In this document: positions 12,431 through 26,133 of the stretch, one piece after another | Layout: the number at the start of each line of letters is the position of its first letter | Position numbering within the stretch: position 1 is the first letter of the stretch | From: Octopus sinensis | Lineage: Eukaryota | DNA length: 64,000 nt | NCBI RefSeq assembly: GCF_006345805.1 | Contig: NC_043022.1 | Coordinates: forward strand, 19,840,001 to 19,904,000 | Direction of reading: 5' to 3' | The notes under the pieces: generated by a model | Databases searched by the model: none | Seen by the model: the letters and a program-made list of their open reading frames with translations, nothing else | Told to the model about the DNA's origin: nothing | Position numbers and translations under genes: made by a program

Positions 12431-12889
12431 ACTTGTCCCCTCCCCTCCCCTCAAAGTTGCTAATCCTGAACTCTTGCAACTGAATGGTGTCCTGTTGAGA
12501 GGGTCTGTCGTGGGCTCATTTACTTACACGCTACAGAAATCGGGTAACCAGCTTTTGAAGTTTTATAAGTCTCTCTCAATCTCTGTCTGTCTGTCTGTCT
12601 GTCTATTTATCCATCCCTCTATCTCTCTGTTTGTCTATCCATCTAGCTTGCTTTCTTTCTTTTCTTTGTGTGTGTTTATGAATGTGAGTATATTTTTCTT
12701 CATATGCATGAGGAGAGGAAAAGTGTTTACGTCAATCTAATTAATAAATCGTAATGTCTCCCTCTCTTTCTCTCTCTCTCTCACACACACACATACTCTC
12801 ACTCTTTCTCTCTGTATGCGTATATTTCTGTACCCGTGCGCGTATATTTTTATGTGCCTGAATGTCTATGTATGCATGTGTGAGTTGTA

Positions 12890-13027
12890 AGCCTAGTATT
12901 TATTCTATCGGTCTCTCTTGCTGAACCGCTAAGTTACGGGAGACGTAACACACACCAGCATCGCTTGTCAAGCAATGTTGTGGAGACAAACACAGACACC
13001 AACATACACACACACCACACACAGATA

Positions 13028-13063
<36 letters not shown>

Positions 13064-13228
13064 CGGACAAGCTTCTTTCAGTTTCCGTCTACCAAATCCA
13101 CTCATAAATCTTTGGTCGGCCCGAGGCTATAGTAGGAGACACTTGCCCAAGATGCCACGCAGTGGGACTGAACCCGGAACCATGTGGTTGGGAAGCAAGC
13201 TAATTACCACGCAGCCACTCCTGCGCCT
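12890..13228 (-). mobile_element. SINE family A
   Basis: Reverse complement of family-A head and body; 3' part missing. Confidence 0.9.
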
Positions 13229-14360
13229 ATACATATATGGACGATTGGTAAACTCATTTGTGATATTCAACATTATTTTCAGTGCTTTAGTGCGTTGTTT
13301 ACCCAGCTTTCATTATATATATAAAAACACATAAAACAAAATTTGCTCCATAACCCCTGGAATCCAGGAATAGACATTTTTAACTAATAATTAGGAAATC
13401 TAATTGAAGATGTTTTCCAAGAACGCTTGACTTCCTTTAATAAGATTTCGAAACAGTTTTTATTTGTTCAACGTATTTAGCTGAGGGCGCAGCCTTCCGT
13501 ACATGATAGTCACTGCTAAATTGTATAAAATTTGAACAGCTTTTCAAATCTAGTACAAAGCTAACACAATGTAACGCTATGCATCAGAAGAAAAGAGAAA
13601 TAGCAAAGATAAAGGTGAAAGCGAAGCAAAAATGAGTCTCTTTCAATGAAGTTTTATTTCAGAAAAACGAAATGGAAGGAACACCGTAAACAAACCGATT
13701 CTCTGTTTTCACTTCCGTTTAATTACTCGGTTCCGTAATGATGTTTTCAATAGTCTTCATTCGTTTTCAAAATGGCGGTCGATCGATCGTACCGTAGTTA
13801 CAATACTTCAACACATCACTACAATACTTCAATATCAAGACAACATAATGGTTTCTAATTTTGGAACAAGGCCATCACATTTGATGGGAGGGGTCAAATC
13901 GATCACACAGACTACGGTTTAACGAGTCTGCCAGCTCGCTACTTTATAATGATCTCAAACTTTGACACACGGCAAGGAATTTGAGAGGAGGGGCCCAACC
14001 GATTATATCGAGTCCAATACATAACTGCTTCCATATATCATAGAGCTCACGGCAGTAAAAGGTAAATCTTTTTACGACGACGGGATTTGAACTCAAAACA
14101 TAAAAAGTTGGAAGAAACACTCTTCTGACGCTGTAATGATTCTGTTAGCTATATTATAATGGTTTCAAATTTTGGCACAAGGCCAGCTGTTTTAGGGAGG
14201 TGTAAATCAATTACGTCGATCCCAGTATTCAAAGTCAAAATAGTAAATTGCGGATCTACGGTAGATCCAATTTAGAAGCTTTGTTCATAACAGCGAGAAT
14301 TCTGTTGTGTACGTCATTAAAATTAAGAAACTTCGAAAGACGTGTAATATACAGATAAGC

Positions 14361-14595
14361 AAGGCGGCGAGCTGGCAGAAACGTTAGCACGCCGGGCGAA
14401 ATGCTTTGTGGTATTTCGTCCGCCGCTACGTTCTGAGTTCAAATTCCGCGGAGGTCGACTTTGCCTTTCATCCTTTGGGGGTCGATTAAATAAGTACCAG
14501 TTACGCACTGGGGTCGATATAATGGATTTAATCCGTTTGTCTGTCTTTGTTTGTCCTCTCTGTGTTTAGCCCCTTGTGGGTAGTAAAGAAATAGA
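14361..14595 (+). mobile_element. SINE family B with 15-bp TSD
   Basis: TSD AATATACAGATAAGC at 14346-14360 and 14596-14610. Confidence 0.92.
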
Positions 14596-15329
14596 AATAT
14601 ACAGATAAGCTCCCATGCAGATTCCGCCAACCAAATTCACTCACGAAGACATTGGGCGGCATGAGGCTATAGTAAAAGAAAAATTTTTAATTACGCAAGG
14701 TGCCACACAGTGGGAATGAACCCGAAACCATGTGGTTTCAAAGCGAGCTTCTTGACCACACAGCCATGCCTAGTCCGCATATGAATTACAATGCTTTGAT
14801 CATAGATGTTTTCGATCAGATCTGATCTGTGTTGAACAATAACGATGAAATCAACCACTGTCCGGATGTCGTCGTTCATTCCAAGGATGTGTGTGTGTAT
14901 GTGTGTGTGTATGTGTGTGTGTATATGTGTGTGTGTGTGTATATGTGTGTGTATATGTGGTGTGTGTGTATATGTGTGTGTGTGTGTATGTGTGTATATG
15001 TGTGTGTGTATATGTGTGTGTGTGTGTATATGTGTGTGTTATTGGGTGTGTGTGTTTATGTGTGTGGTGTGTGTATAGTGTGTATATGTGTGGTGTGTAT
15101 GGTGTGTGTGGTGTGTGTGTGTGTGTTTTATGATTTTACGGATAGTTGCTTGGAGATGGTAATTCTAAACGGAATGCTAAATAAGACTAATAAATTAATA
15201 ATCAAAGAAGAAGAAGGAGGAGGAGGAGAAGATTGATTTGATTAATCAATTAATCAAGGCGTCATTCGGAAGTTAGATTGAAGAGGATTTTTAATTAAAA
15301 AGATGGCGAAGAGACACGGATGACGGTGA

Positions 15330-15630
15330 TGATCATGAAGAACCTTGTGATGATAGAGAGAATTATGGTAATGAGGAAGAGGAGGGAGAAGGGGAGGAAC
15401 TGGAGAGGATGAGGAGGGGGATCAGGTGGAGGATGAAGAAGACGGTGACGATGATAATGATGGTGATGGTGATCATAATGACGACTACGAGGACGATGAT
15501 GATGAGGAGAAGGAGGAGGATGGTTGTGATGATGACGATGATTATTTCGACGCCGGCGACGACGATGATGGTGACTGTGATGATGGCGTTGACGATGATT
15601 ATGAAAATGAGAATAATTGTAATGATTAAT
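15330..15630. repeat. Degenerate (GAT/GAC/GAG)n trinucleotide tract
   Basis: Low-complexity triplet repeats that account for the overlapping D/E- and I/M-rich ORFs. Confidence 0.85.
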
Positions 15631-16428
15631 TTCAACATTATTGCAAATTTACAAGTTTTGGTGGGTAGAAGTGAGCTGGAAGAGAGAGATTCGTTGAATA
15701 AATCAATGCTGAGCATTTAACCGTTTATCAGCACCGGAAGGCCGAAACGGAAAGTTAACTTCGAATTTTTAGCATAGGCGCGTGACGAATGTGTTAGTCA
15801 ATACCACGGGCCCCAGTACACGAATAGTATTTCAACAACCCCAAAAGCATAAAAGGCAAAGTTAACCTCAGTCGGATTTGAACTCATAACGTTGACAGTC
15901 AGAAGACATCCGACGCTTTACTGTTTTTGCCAGCTCGTCGCTTTTCAGTGATTCTTTCAAATTTTGGTACAAGGCTAGCAATTTAGAGGGAAGGGGTAAG
16001 TCAGTACAATCGAATCCAGTACTTGACAGATACTTTATTTTATCGATCCCAGTAGGATGAAAGATAAAGCTGACCTCGGCGGGATTTCAACGTAAAGAGA
16101 CGGAAGAAATGTCTCTAAGTATTTTGTCCGACGCACTAAAGCTTCCATCAGTATCCGCCTTAATTCTTTCTCCTATAGGCACAAGGCCTGAAATGCCAGA
16201 AGGAGCTAATCGATGACATCGATCCCAGTAATCCCACATTTTCTCATGTAAATGAATGTGTGTGTGTGTGTGTGTGTGTGAATGCATTTTCATGTGTTTG
16301 CCTGTGTGTATGTGAGTGTGTGCGTGTATGCATGAATATAAACGTGGCATTCGCATATATATAAGATGTATAATATATAATACACACATATATGCATGCA
16401 TGCATACATATATATATATATATTATGC

Positions 16429-16619
16429 AGTCGCCATGATAGATCGGTAGCCACTACACACATTTTTTCTCTCCTTGTTTTATTTCTGTGTCTCTTTCTG
16501 TAGAAGAGCGTAGGCTCGAAACGTAAAAGACTTTTTCAATTCCTGAGCGTTATACTAATACATCTGTTTGTTTTGTACACCACCTGTCTTCGTCTTTTTT
16601 TGTTTTTTTCGTGAACTCT

Positions 16620-16622
<3 letters not shown>
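16429..16622 (+). mobile_element. Short element E2 with variant hammerhead
   Basis: At 16493-16530: TCTTT-CTGTAGA-A-GAGC(GTAG)GCTC-GAA-ACGT-A-AAAGA. Homologous to 23080-23272 and flanked by (TA)n. Confidence 0.75.
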
Positions 16623-16664
<42 letters not shown>

Positions 16665-16748
16665 GGCGAAATTGTTTTGGAGTTTGAAAATGCACCTCAA
16701 TCTCAAAGCGTGTAGTGGTTTTTAAGTTTTGGCAAACATTTATTCAAA

Positions 16749-16788
16749 TACCAAACCGGTTTCGACAATTCTTTGTTTATCAATCGTA
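16749..16788 (-). ncRNA. Degenerate type-I hammerhead motif
   Basis: Minus strand reads TACGA-TTGATAA-ACAA(AGAA)TTGTC-GAA-ACCGGT-T-TGGTA. Stem III is palindromic and the core is a U3/A8 variant. About two lesions from a full fold. Confidence 0.45.
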
Positions 16789-16831
16789 AATATATATAAA
16801 CAGGAAACCACACACAGACACACACACACAC

Positions 16832-16908
<77 letters not shown>

Positions 16909-17200
16909 ATACATACACATACACACATATATAAATAGACAGATAGATAAATGAAAGAGATACACAACATACACACACAACCACAAATCTACCTATTCGT
17001 CAATCAACATGCAGAAGAAGGTACATATCAATATGAGTATGTGTTCGTGTATGTGCATGTGTGTGTGTATAAATATATATTGCCCCAGCATGGTCACAGT
17101 CCAGTGAATGAAAGCAGTAAATGCAGACTTATCTATTGATATGAACATTATTTAAAGATCATTAATGATTCATAACTTCAGATTTCATGCCGTTGGTTGC

Positions 17201-18610
17201 AATCGTGAGATTAATAATAATTGATTCATTTCATGTAAATAATGTTTAATTAACAATTATTTGCATATTTATTATCATCACGTCTAGGTCGGTTCAGACG
17301 CAAACTGTGATAGTCACTGTAGTGTACATCATCGGAGAATAACTGCTACCTTTTACAACGGCAGTGCGTTCAACATACTCGACTCATTGTCATACGGGAT
17401 TCTTCGACACCGGTGTTTCGATATTTTGTGTCTCTTCAGTCTTTATGCACCTGGTCCTTTGAGTACAAACGAAGCCGATGAGGTTGTTTATACTTTCAGC
17501 GAACAAATGTTTGGTAATCGACGCTTATATCTCCTAACCGACGAACGAAAAATCGCTGCCCACGGTGCAAATAACGATTTTTATAGTTTATATAGTATTC
17601 TGTACTGGTGATAAGAAAGATTGAGACATCGTCCGGATCCAGTCCAGCGACGTTAAATGACTCCAAGAATCGTGAGATTAATAATAATTGATTCATTTCA
17701 TATAAATAAAGTTTAATTAACAATTATTTGCATATTTATTATCATCACGTCTAGGTCGGTTCAGACGCAAACTGTGATAGTCACTGTAGTGTACCTCATC
17801 GGAGAATAACTGCTACCTTTTACAACGGCAGTGCGTTCAACATACTCGACTCATTGTCATACGGGATTCTTCGACACCGGTGTTTCGATATTTTGTGTCT
17901 CTTCAGTCTTTATGCACCTGGTCCTTTGAGTACAAACGAAGCCGATGAGGTTGTTTATACTTTCAGCGAACAAATGTTTGGTAATCGACGCTTATATCTC
18001 CTAACCGACGAACGAAAAATCGCTTCCCACGGTGCAAATAGCGATTTTTATAGTTTATATAGTTTATATAGTATTCTGTACTGGTGATAAGAAAGATTGA
18101 GACATCATCCGAATCTAGTCCAGCGGTATTAAATGACCCCAAGAATCGTGAGATTAATAATAATTGATTCATTTCATATAAATAAAGTTTAATTAACAAT
18201 TATTTGCATATTTATTATCATCATGTCTAGGTCGGTTCAGACGCAAACTGTGCTAGTCGCTGTAGTGTACATCATCGGAGAATAACTGCTACCTTTTACA
18301 ACGGCAGTGCGTTCAACATACTCGACTCATTGTCATACGGGATTCTTCGACACCGGTGTTTCGATATTTTGTGTCTCTTCAGTCTTATGCACCTGGTCTT
18401 TGAGTACAAACGAAGCCGATGAGGTTGTTATACTTTCAGCGAACAAATGTTTGGTAATCGACGCTTATATCTCCTAACCGACGAACGAAAAATCGCTGCC
18501 CACGGTGCAAATAACGATTTTTATAGTTTATATAGTATTCTGTACTGGTGATAAGAAAGATTGAGACATCGTCCGGATCCAGTCCAGCGACGTTAAATGA
18601 CTCCAAGAAT
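17201..18610. repeat. Three tandem ~467-476-bp units
   Basis: Units start at 17201, 17668 and 18144. They are nearly identical apart from a few substitutions, a 9-bp duplication in unit 2 and small deletions in unit 3. Confidence 0.95.
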
Positions 18611-18865
18611 ATCCAAATATCGTTTCTTTTAAGACTTGAACTGATTTCTATGTTTTCTGAATAATGCATGTTTCCAGTGTTTCAGTTTTGTGCGCGAGTT
18701 GACTATCTGATGCATCTCTAACACCCCACCTAAGGATTTTCATCACTGTTAGCCATTCTGCTCACTGTGTGTCTAAGGTCTACACAGCCACGTTGCAAGA
18801 TTGTCCAACTGCTTGTAAATATATGCGAGTGAATAAACATTTGCAAACAGGCTGCTTCTAATAAA

Positions 18866-18876
18866 TTTCTCTTCTG

Positions 18877-18910
<34 letters not shown>

Positions 18911-19440
18911 GCTCTCTTCTCTCATCCTCTCCCTCCGTCTCTCTCTCTCTCTTCTGCCTCTCTCCCTCTTTTCCCCTTTAACTTTCCCTTTCTCATTCTC
19001 ACGCTCCATTCACTCTCACTCTCTCTACTTATTCTCTCTCCCTCCCTCTCTCACCCTCATTTACCCTATCTTGCCTTCTCCCTCTCTCTCTTTCCGTCTC
19101 TCCCCTCTCTCTCTTTCCGTCTCTCCCCTCTCTCTCTTCCTCTCTATCTCCTTCTTTCATTTCTTCTCCCTCTTTCTCCTTCTCTCACCCTCGCTCACCT
19201 TCATTCTCTTTCTCTCACCTCCTCCCTCCCTCCCTCTTCTTCATTCACCCTCTCTCACCCTCTCCCTCCATCATTCACCCTCTCTCGCCTTCTTCCTCTC
19301 CCTCTCTCTTTTCTTTTCTCTCCCTCTCTCTCCTTCCGTCTTTCTCCCTCTCTATCTCCCTCCTTCTTTTACTTCTTCTATCTCCTTCTCTCTCCCTCAT
19401 TCTTTTTCTCTCCCCTCCTCTCTCTCTTTCTCCCTCCCTC
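18866..19440. repeat. Long polypurine/polypyrimidine (CT-rich) tract
   Basis: ~570 bp almost entirely C/T on the plus strand, after a short purine-rich minus-strand ORF. Confidence 0.9.
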
Positions 19441-20293
19441 TGTGTTACCTAAGAACTGTGTACCTGAAACTGTGGAATTGCGCAAGAAGCGTGAGAAGGA
19501 TACATTTAATAAACTAACAGCATTCTTATAGCAGAGGCGTTAAGAACATATATTGTTTATGAAACTTGTAGTGTTGTACTTAGCGACTTTGCAGAAAAAT
19601 CGCTGCTAAAACATAAGAGTTAATACAACCAGTAACATTACATTAGAGAAAAACTGTTGTGAAAATACAGAGTTAATAAAATTCGAAAACTGAATTAAGC
19701 CAAGTCAAACGTAATAAAATGAGTTAAATAATCGTATGACGGAATGGAAAGAAAATTCTAATGTATCCGGTGGTTTTGTGATTTTTTTTTTCTCCATTTT
19801 CTGATAGAGATGTTTATTTGAAGGTGGGGAAGTTCTACTCGAAACGTTATCATTTTATTTTGCAAAACCATTGATTTCCTTTTTTCGAACTCTGTAGCCT
19901 GAAGGGAAATGGTTTATGATGAAATGTAATAAACTATGAGAGAAGGAGAGAAGAAAAGATAGATAGAAAGATATATAGAGAGAGAGTGGGGGAGAGAGAA
20001 GGAGAGACTGGGGGAGAAAAAGAGGTTAATAGGAAGAAACTTGTTCACATGTGTTCACTCATTCACGTATAGAGAAATAATTGGTCAGTCTTTAAGTCTA
20101 GCCACGTAAAATTTTGAAAACAAAGTCACAGTATAGCATATATACATATATATTATACATACATACATACATACATACATACAGTCATACATACACACAT
20201 TAATACATGCATGCGCGCATGTATGCATACATACATATATATATATACATACATATATATATATACATACATATATATATATACATATATATA

Positions 20294-20340
<47 letters not shown>

Positions 20341-20689
20341 ATATATTGGAAGGTTTGGAATTTGATTTGAAAACCCCACTGGAATGGGAGAAAGCGCTAA
20401 TAATCCGAATGATATGATATATATATGTAAAAAATGTAAATATATAAATAAATATCTATAAATATGAACCATCCGATCTGATTACCTCATTTTTTTCTAA
20501 TATATATATATATATATAGCTTAGTTTTTTCCTTGGGGCTGGCCAGATTGGAGTAATTTCAAAATTAATCAGCCGAAATTGCGAGGATGATCCAGTTCTT
20601 GACTGAAGTTTAAAGGCTTCGAAAGACCCGTCCGTGTTTTTTTGTATCGTCTATTTGGATGTTTTGCGTTCTTGTCCCATTTTGTATGT

Positions 20690-20731
<42 letters not shown>

Positions 20732-20802
20732 TAGATAGATACATACACACACTCATACATACACACATTAATACGTACATGCATACATACATACATACAT
20801 AC

Positions 20803-20834
<32 letters not shown>

Positions 20835-20842
20835 ATACGATC

Positions 20843-20960
20843 CCGAAAGGATGAAAGGCAAAGTCGACCTCGGCGGAGTTTGAACTCACAACGTAACGGC
20901 AGACGAAATACCGCTACGCATTTCGCCCGGCGTGCTAACGTTTCTGCCAGCTCACCGCCT
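20843..20960 (-). mobile_element. Partial SINE family B
   Basis: Head and B-box region only. Confidence 0.85.
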
Positions 20961-22150
20961 TACATATGTATTAAGTGTGTGTATGTATGCAGATAAATGA
21001 GAGCTATATTGAGAACTCCTACCTTGTGTGGCTCTTAGAAAAAGCACTCTTACTCGATGTGCTATAAATGGTAACCGTATTTCACTCACAACTAAACATA
21101 ACATATTTGCATTAAGAAAGAACTCCTTGGTCAATGTAGATCAATAAATGTACAAAAAGACGTCGATATTTGACTTTCATCCTTTCGGAGTCGATAAATT
21201 AAATACCAGATGCGTACTGGGGTTGATCTAATGGACTGGCCCCCTCCCGCCAAAATTTCGATCTTTGTGGCTAGAGTAGAAAAGAATATTCTTACACACA
21301 AATATTTAAACGTGTCTGTGAGTGTGTGTATAAATATATACATATGCATATACATTACATCTATACATACATATATTCATATATATGTGTGTGTTTCTGT
21401 GTGCGTGTGTGTATGTATGTATACAAATATATATATATATATATGCATACATATAGATATATGTGCGTGTTTGTATGGGGGGGTGTACATGTGTGTGTAT
21501 AAATATATGTATAATACATTACATCTATACATACAGTCTGTGTGTGTGTGTTTGTGTGCGCGTGTGTCCATATATTCATGTATATGTGTGTATGTATGTA
21601 TACCAATATATATATACATATAGACATGTGTGTGTTTGTGTTGGGGGGATGTGTGTGTGTGTACATATATATATACATAGATATATATTTATATATGCTT
21701 ATAAGCATAGACGCACATACAAACTCCACATACAGACACACACACGTACAAAGAAAACTGCCTAAGGACAGTGTTTCTGTTAGTGTATGTAATTGGAGGT
21801 TTCTGATGTTTAACAGCAAAGTTAGCCAGAAACTATTAAAATGTACGCAATGCAACGAACATAAAGCTGAAATAACTGCTTAATAGTGAAATTCTATAAA
21901 ATAACTGACATCACATATCTTTATGATGTTTTGAAGGGTCACGATAAACAAGTTAAACATGCGCACGCGCACAATCGCACACACACACATACCTGTATAC
22001 ACTCGCAAGCGCGTAAGCACGTAATTCCAAAACAAGTTGGGAAAAATTAGTACTCGATCACTGAAGGTAGAATAATATGCTTTTATTGAAGTCGAAAAAT
22101 ATCTTCACAAATTCATTGTGAACGTCTTTTCGGATTAAATAATAGTCAAT

Positions 22151-22229
<79 letters not shown>

Positions 22230-22369
22230 CGTGTTGTATGGGGGATGTGTGTCTATATGTGTGTATAAATATATACAATGCATATACATTACATCGATAC
22301 ATACATGTGTGTGTGTGTTTGTGTGGGGTGTGTGTCCATGTGATCTCTGAGCACCACCAGCACAAAAAA

Positions 22370-22546
22370 ATTTTTTCCTCTGTCTTCCCTTCTCGGGATC
22401 TTTCATTCTCCTTTGTTTCCGACGAAGAGCTCCGCTCGAAACGTTAAACCCTCTCTCCCTTCTTTCCTGAGCGTCAAATAATACTTTATTTGTTCCACGT
22501 CCTCGCGTTGGTGTTTTTTTCTGTGTTTTCTTGTTTGGATTAACTA
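22370..22546 (+). mobile_element. Element E1 copy
   Basis: Hammerhead at 22415-22449 with core CCGACGA (U4 changed to C) and stem I GTTT/AAAC. Confidence 0.8.
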
Positions 22547-22597
<51 letters not shown>

Positions 22598-22989
22598 GTG
22601 TGTGTGTATGTGGTTGTGTGTTTGTATCCCCATCATTGCTTGACAACTGATGTTGCTGTGTTTACGTTCCCGTAACTTAGCGGTTCGGCAAAAGACACAG
22701 ATAGAAAAAATACTAGGCTTACAAAGAATAAATCCTGTGGTCGATTTGTTCGACCAACGGTGGTGCTCCAGCATGGCCGCAGTAACATGACTGAAACAAG
22801 AAAAACAATTTAAAAAACCTATGCCATTTTAATCTCGAGTAAGGCTGGGTTTCTCTGCTAGTATATATATAACACACCACCCACACACCCATCCCCACAT
22901 CTCCACACCCACACATACATACACACACACGTCCAGACCACCAGCCGTCTTTCACACGCGCATAATACTCTCTTATACACACACGCACC

Positions 22990-23272
22990 TTTGTGTTGGG
23001 GGCACCTTCGTATTGGAAGTCACTTGACCCTGTTATCTCCCCTACTGTCCCTCTCGCGTCTGACCATTGTCCGAAGTCAAGACGCCATGATAGATCGTTA
23101 GCTACTACACGCATTTTTTCTCTCCTTGTTTCTTTTCTGTGTATCTTTCTGTCGAAGAGCGTAGGCTCGAAACGTAAAAGACTTTTTCTATTCCTGAGCG
23201 CTAAACTAATACATTTGCTTGTTTGTACTCCACCTGCCTTCGTCTTTTGTTTATTTTCGTAAACTTTCCCTT
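22990..23272 (+). mobile_element. Element E2, longer copy
   Basis: Hammerhead-like motif at 23144-23181 with core CTGTCGA and stem I TCTTT/AAAGA. Ends in (TA)n. Confidence 0.75.
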
Positions 23273-24926
23273 TATATATATATATATATATCTATATATA
23301 TATATATATAAATGCGAGAATTTTCAGTCAGCACCACATATTTGAAGTTTCGTTGTAGTAGAACACGTGACCTCAGCATCGGGATTCACAGACACAGTTT
23401 AAAGCGAAGTTTAAAATTTTTTTAAAGTGTTCAAGTATTTAGGCTTCCGTTGGCTAAATTATGTCACGTGCTTTTTTTAAATGCTATCAAAGCGAACATC
23501 AGTCATTTTATTTTGTTGTTCGGTATATGTGTTGCAGACAGGATTTTGGCGTCACTTCGTAAGCATTCTGCAGAATAGTATGATCAGCATTATCCGTGTG
23601 TTTGATTGGATACCGAATGTTGGTGCCAATTAGTTGCTTAGCTATTATTCTGTGGAGCGTGTGTACTTTAGCAACTACAGTTGTCACGTGGAGAATGATT
23701 GATATAATGATGTTTGGTTAAAAATGAATTCACCTGGTCAACGTGAGTAGGCTGTGGTTTTTACGTGCAACAGATATTGTATGCCTTGTCCTTGCGTGTG
23801 GTCCACCTAAGCCTATGATGGTATACCTTGTTCATTAACTGGGTGTAGCTCTGGTGGCAACTATAAGACAAGTCATTTAGCTCTTATTTTTTACTTGCTT
23901 CAGTCATTGGACTGCGGCCATACTTAGACATTGCCTTTAAGGATTTAATCGAAGAAACCGACGCCAGTGCTTATTTTATAATCTAGTACGTATTCTATCC
24001 GTCCCTTTTGTCAAACTGCTAAGATACAGACGTAAAGGAACCAACACCGGTTATTATTAAGTGGAGGTGGGGGAAAACATACCACAAATACAAACACGCA
24101 CACACATACATACATTCCGCAGTTTTCGTCTATCAAACCCAGTCACAAAGCTTTGATCGGCTTGGGGCTATTAAAGCTGCCGTGCAGTGGGAAAGAACTC
24201 GAGACCACATCGTGGGAATCAAGCTTCTTAACCACACAGCCACATCTGCGCCAAAATAAGTACTTAATTTACAACATTTAGTTTTCACTCATCCACTAAT
24301 ATCCTATTAAGTTAGTATAACATATAGCTAGTATACTACATCGTTAATATATCATAGTATCTTCAATGACTACACTAGTATTTGAGTTATACATCAATCA
24401 AACGTCCTATATAATTAATGCAATTTGTCTGCAGTTACTAGCTATATATATTTCTTTTCTCCTTCTTAAAACAGCTATTAAAAACCCACATCCAATGCTA
24501 ATACATTGTCAGGCATTTTGACAAAGTTATTGATGTTTGTCCAAAGTAGGTACATTTTGACAACAAATTTAAATATTCATGACGGGCGTCAGAAAATATG
24601 TACTACAACGGCTGCTTTCAAATTTCTCTTTCCTGCCTATTTGTAAAATAGGTTTCTTTTTTTTTTTTTTTTGTTCGATTAGCAATGACTTCTTGCGACC
24701 TTTATGTTTCGTAATGAAACATCTAACATAGTTTTGTTTGCGCAATTCATTATTTTACCATCGATAACGATGTATAACTTGTTACGTCAATCCCTTCGTA
24801 AATGATGTATTAAGCTTCCTGTTATGACAATTAGTTTTATTTTTCCTTGTCAGGTCACATTATTATTTTGAATCAAGCATCAATGATTTTGTGACACTAA
24901 ATTTGTTATTGTTAAAGGCACTCTTT

Positions 24927-25162
24927 CACTCTTTTACTCTTTTACTTGTTTCAGTCATTTGACTGCGGCCATGCTGGAGCACCGCCTTTAGTCGAGCAAA
25001 TCGACCCCGGGACTTATTCTTTGTAAGCCCAGCACTTATTCTATCGGTCTCTTTTGCCGAACCGCTAAGTGACGGGGACGTAAACACACCAGCATCGGTT
25101 GTCAAGCAATGCTAGGGGGACAAAACACAGACAACACAAACATATACACACCACTTATATAT
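24927..25162 (-). mobile_element. SINE family A 3' half running into the gap
   Basis: Near-consensus family-A tail and body. Confidence 0.9.
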
Positions 25163-25262
25163 NNNNNNNNNNNNNNNNNNNNNNNNNNNNNNNNNNNNNN
25201 NNNNNNNNNNNNNNNNNNNNNNNNNNNNNNNNNNNNNNNNNNNNNNNNNNNNNNNNNNNNNN
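25163..25262. other. Assembly gap
   Basis: 100 N. Confidence 1.
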
Positions 25263-25394
25263 TTATATGATTGATTGATTGATTGATTCTAGTTTCAGCT
25301 TATGAGCTGTGGCCATGCTGGGGCACCGCCATTTGGTGTTGCTACTTGGTTTCACTTCATGGGGGCTTTCTAGCAACTGCTATTTGGTGCATGA

Positions 25395-25512
25395 GAGAGT
25401 TCGATGCAGCTGCCCTCATCTGCCCCTCCTGCCGTGAAGTTGGTTCATCTGGGACACCTGACAGGAAGAGATCCAGCTTCATTTTAAAGACATCTGTATC
25501 CACCCCATGCAG
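25395..25512 (-). mobile_element. CR1-group LINE 3' fragment
   Basis: Reverse complement of 31915-32030 ([39 protein letters not shown]). Confidence 0.8.
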
Positions 25513-25515
25513 GGG

Positions 25516-25547
<32 letters not shown>

Positions 25548-26065
25548 TATGTATGTATGTATATATATGTACGTATGTATGTATATATATATGTGTATAT
25601 ATATATATGTATGTATATATATATATATATTATGTATGTATGTATGTATGTATATATATATATATGTATGTATGTATGTATATATATATATACGTATATA
25701 TGTATGTATATATATACGTATATATATATGTATATATATACGTATATATATATGTATATATATACGTATATATATATGTATATATGTATACGTATATATG
25801 TATATATATATGTATATATATGTATATATACATGTATATATATGTATATATATATACATGTATATATATGTATATATATATGCATGTATATATATACGTA
25901 TATATATATGCATGTATATATATATTTATATATGTATATATGTGTGTATATATATGTGGGTATATATGTGTATATATATATGTGCGTATATATATGTGTA
26001 TATATATATGTGCGTATATATATGTGCATATATATGTGTGTGTGTATATATATATATATATATGT
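25513..26065. repeat. Compound (TA)n/(TATG)n microsatellite
   Basis: Source of the Y/I/M/V-rich ORFs. Confidence 0.95.
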
Positions 26066-26133
26066 CATTACTTTGTTTTTGTTTTATTTACTTTGTGTAA
26101 AAAAATTATTTATTTTGTGTTTTATTTTTCTTT

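Noticed and set aside
15363-15720. Acidic D/E-rich ORF
   Set aside because: A trinucleotide repeat open in several frames on both strands, with no convincing splice sites.
17340-17370. U5-like CCTTTTAC loop and U12-like AAATAACGATT in the tandem unit
   Set aside because: Only short matches; the snRNA stems and Sm site are absent.
17387-18087. Repeated 74-77-aa ORF MSYGILRHRC...
   Set aside because: TTG start, no recognisable domain, and frameshifted in unit 3.
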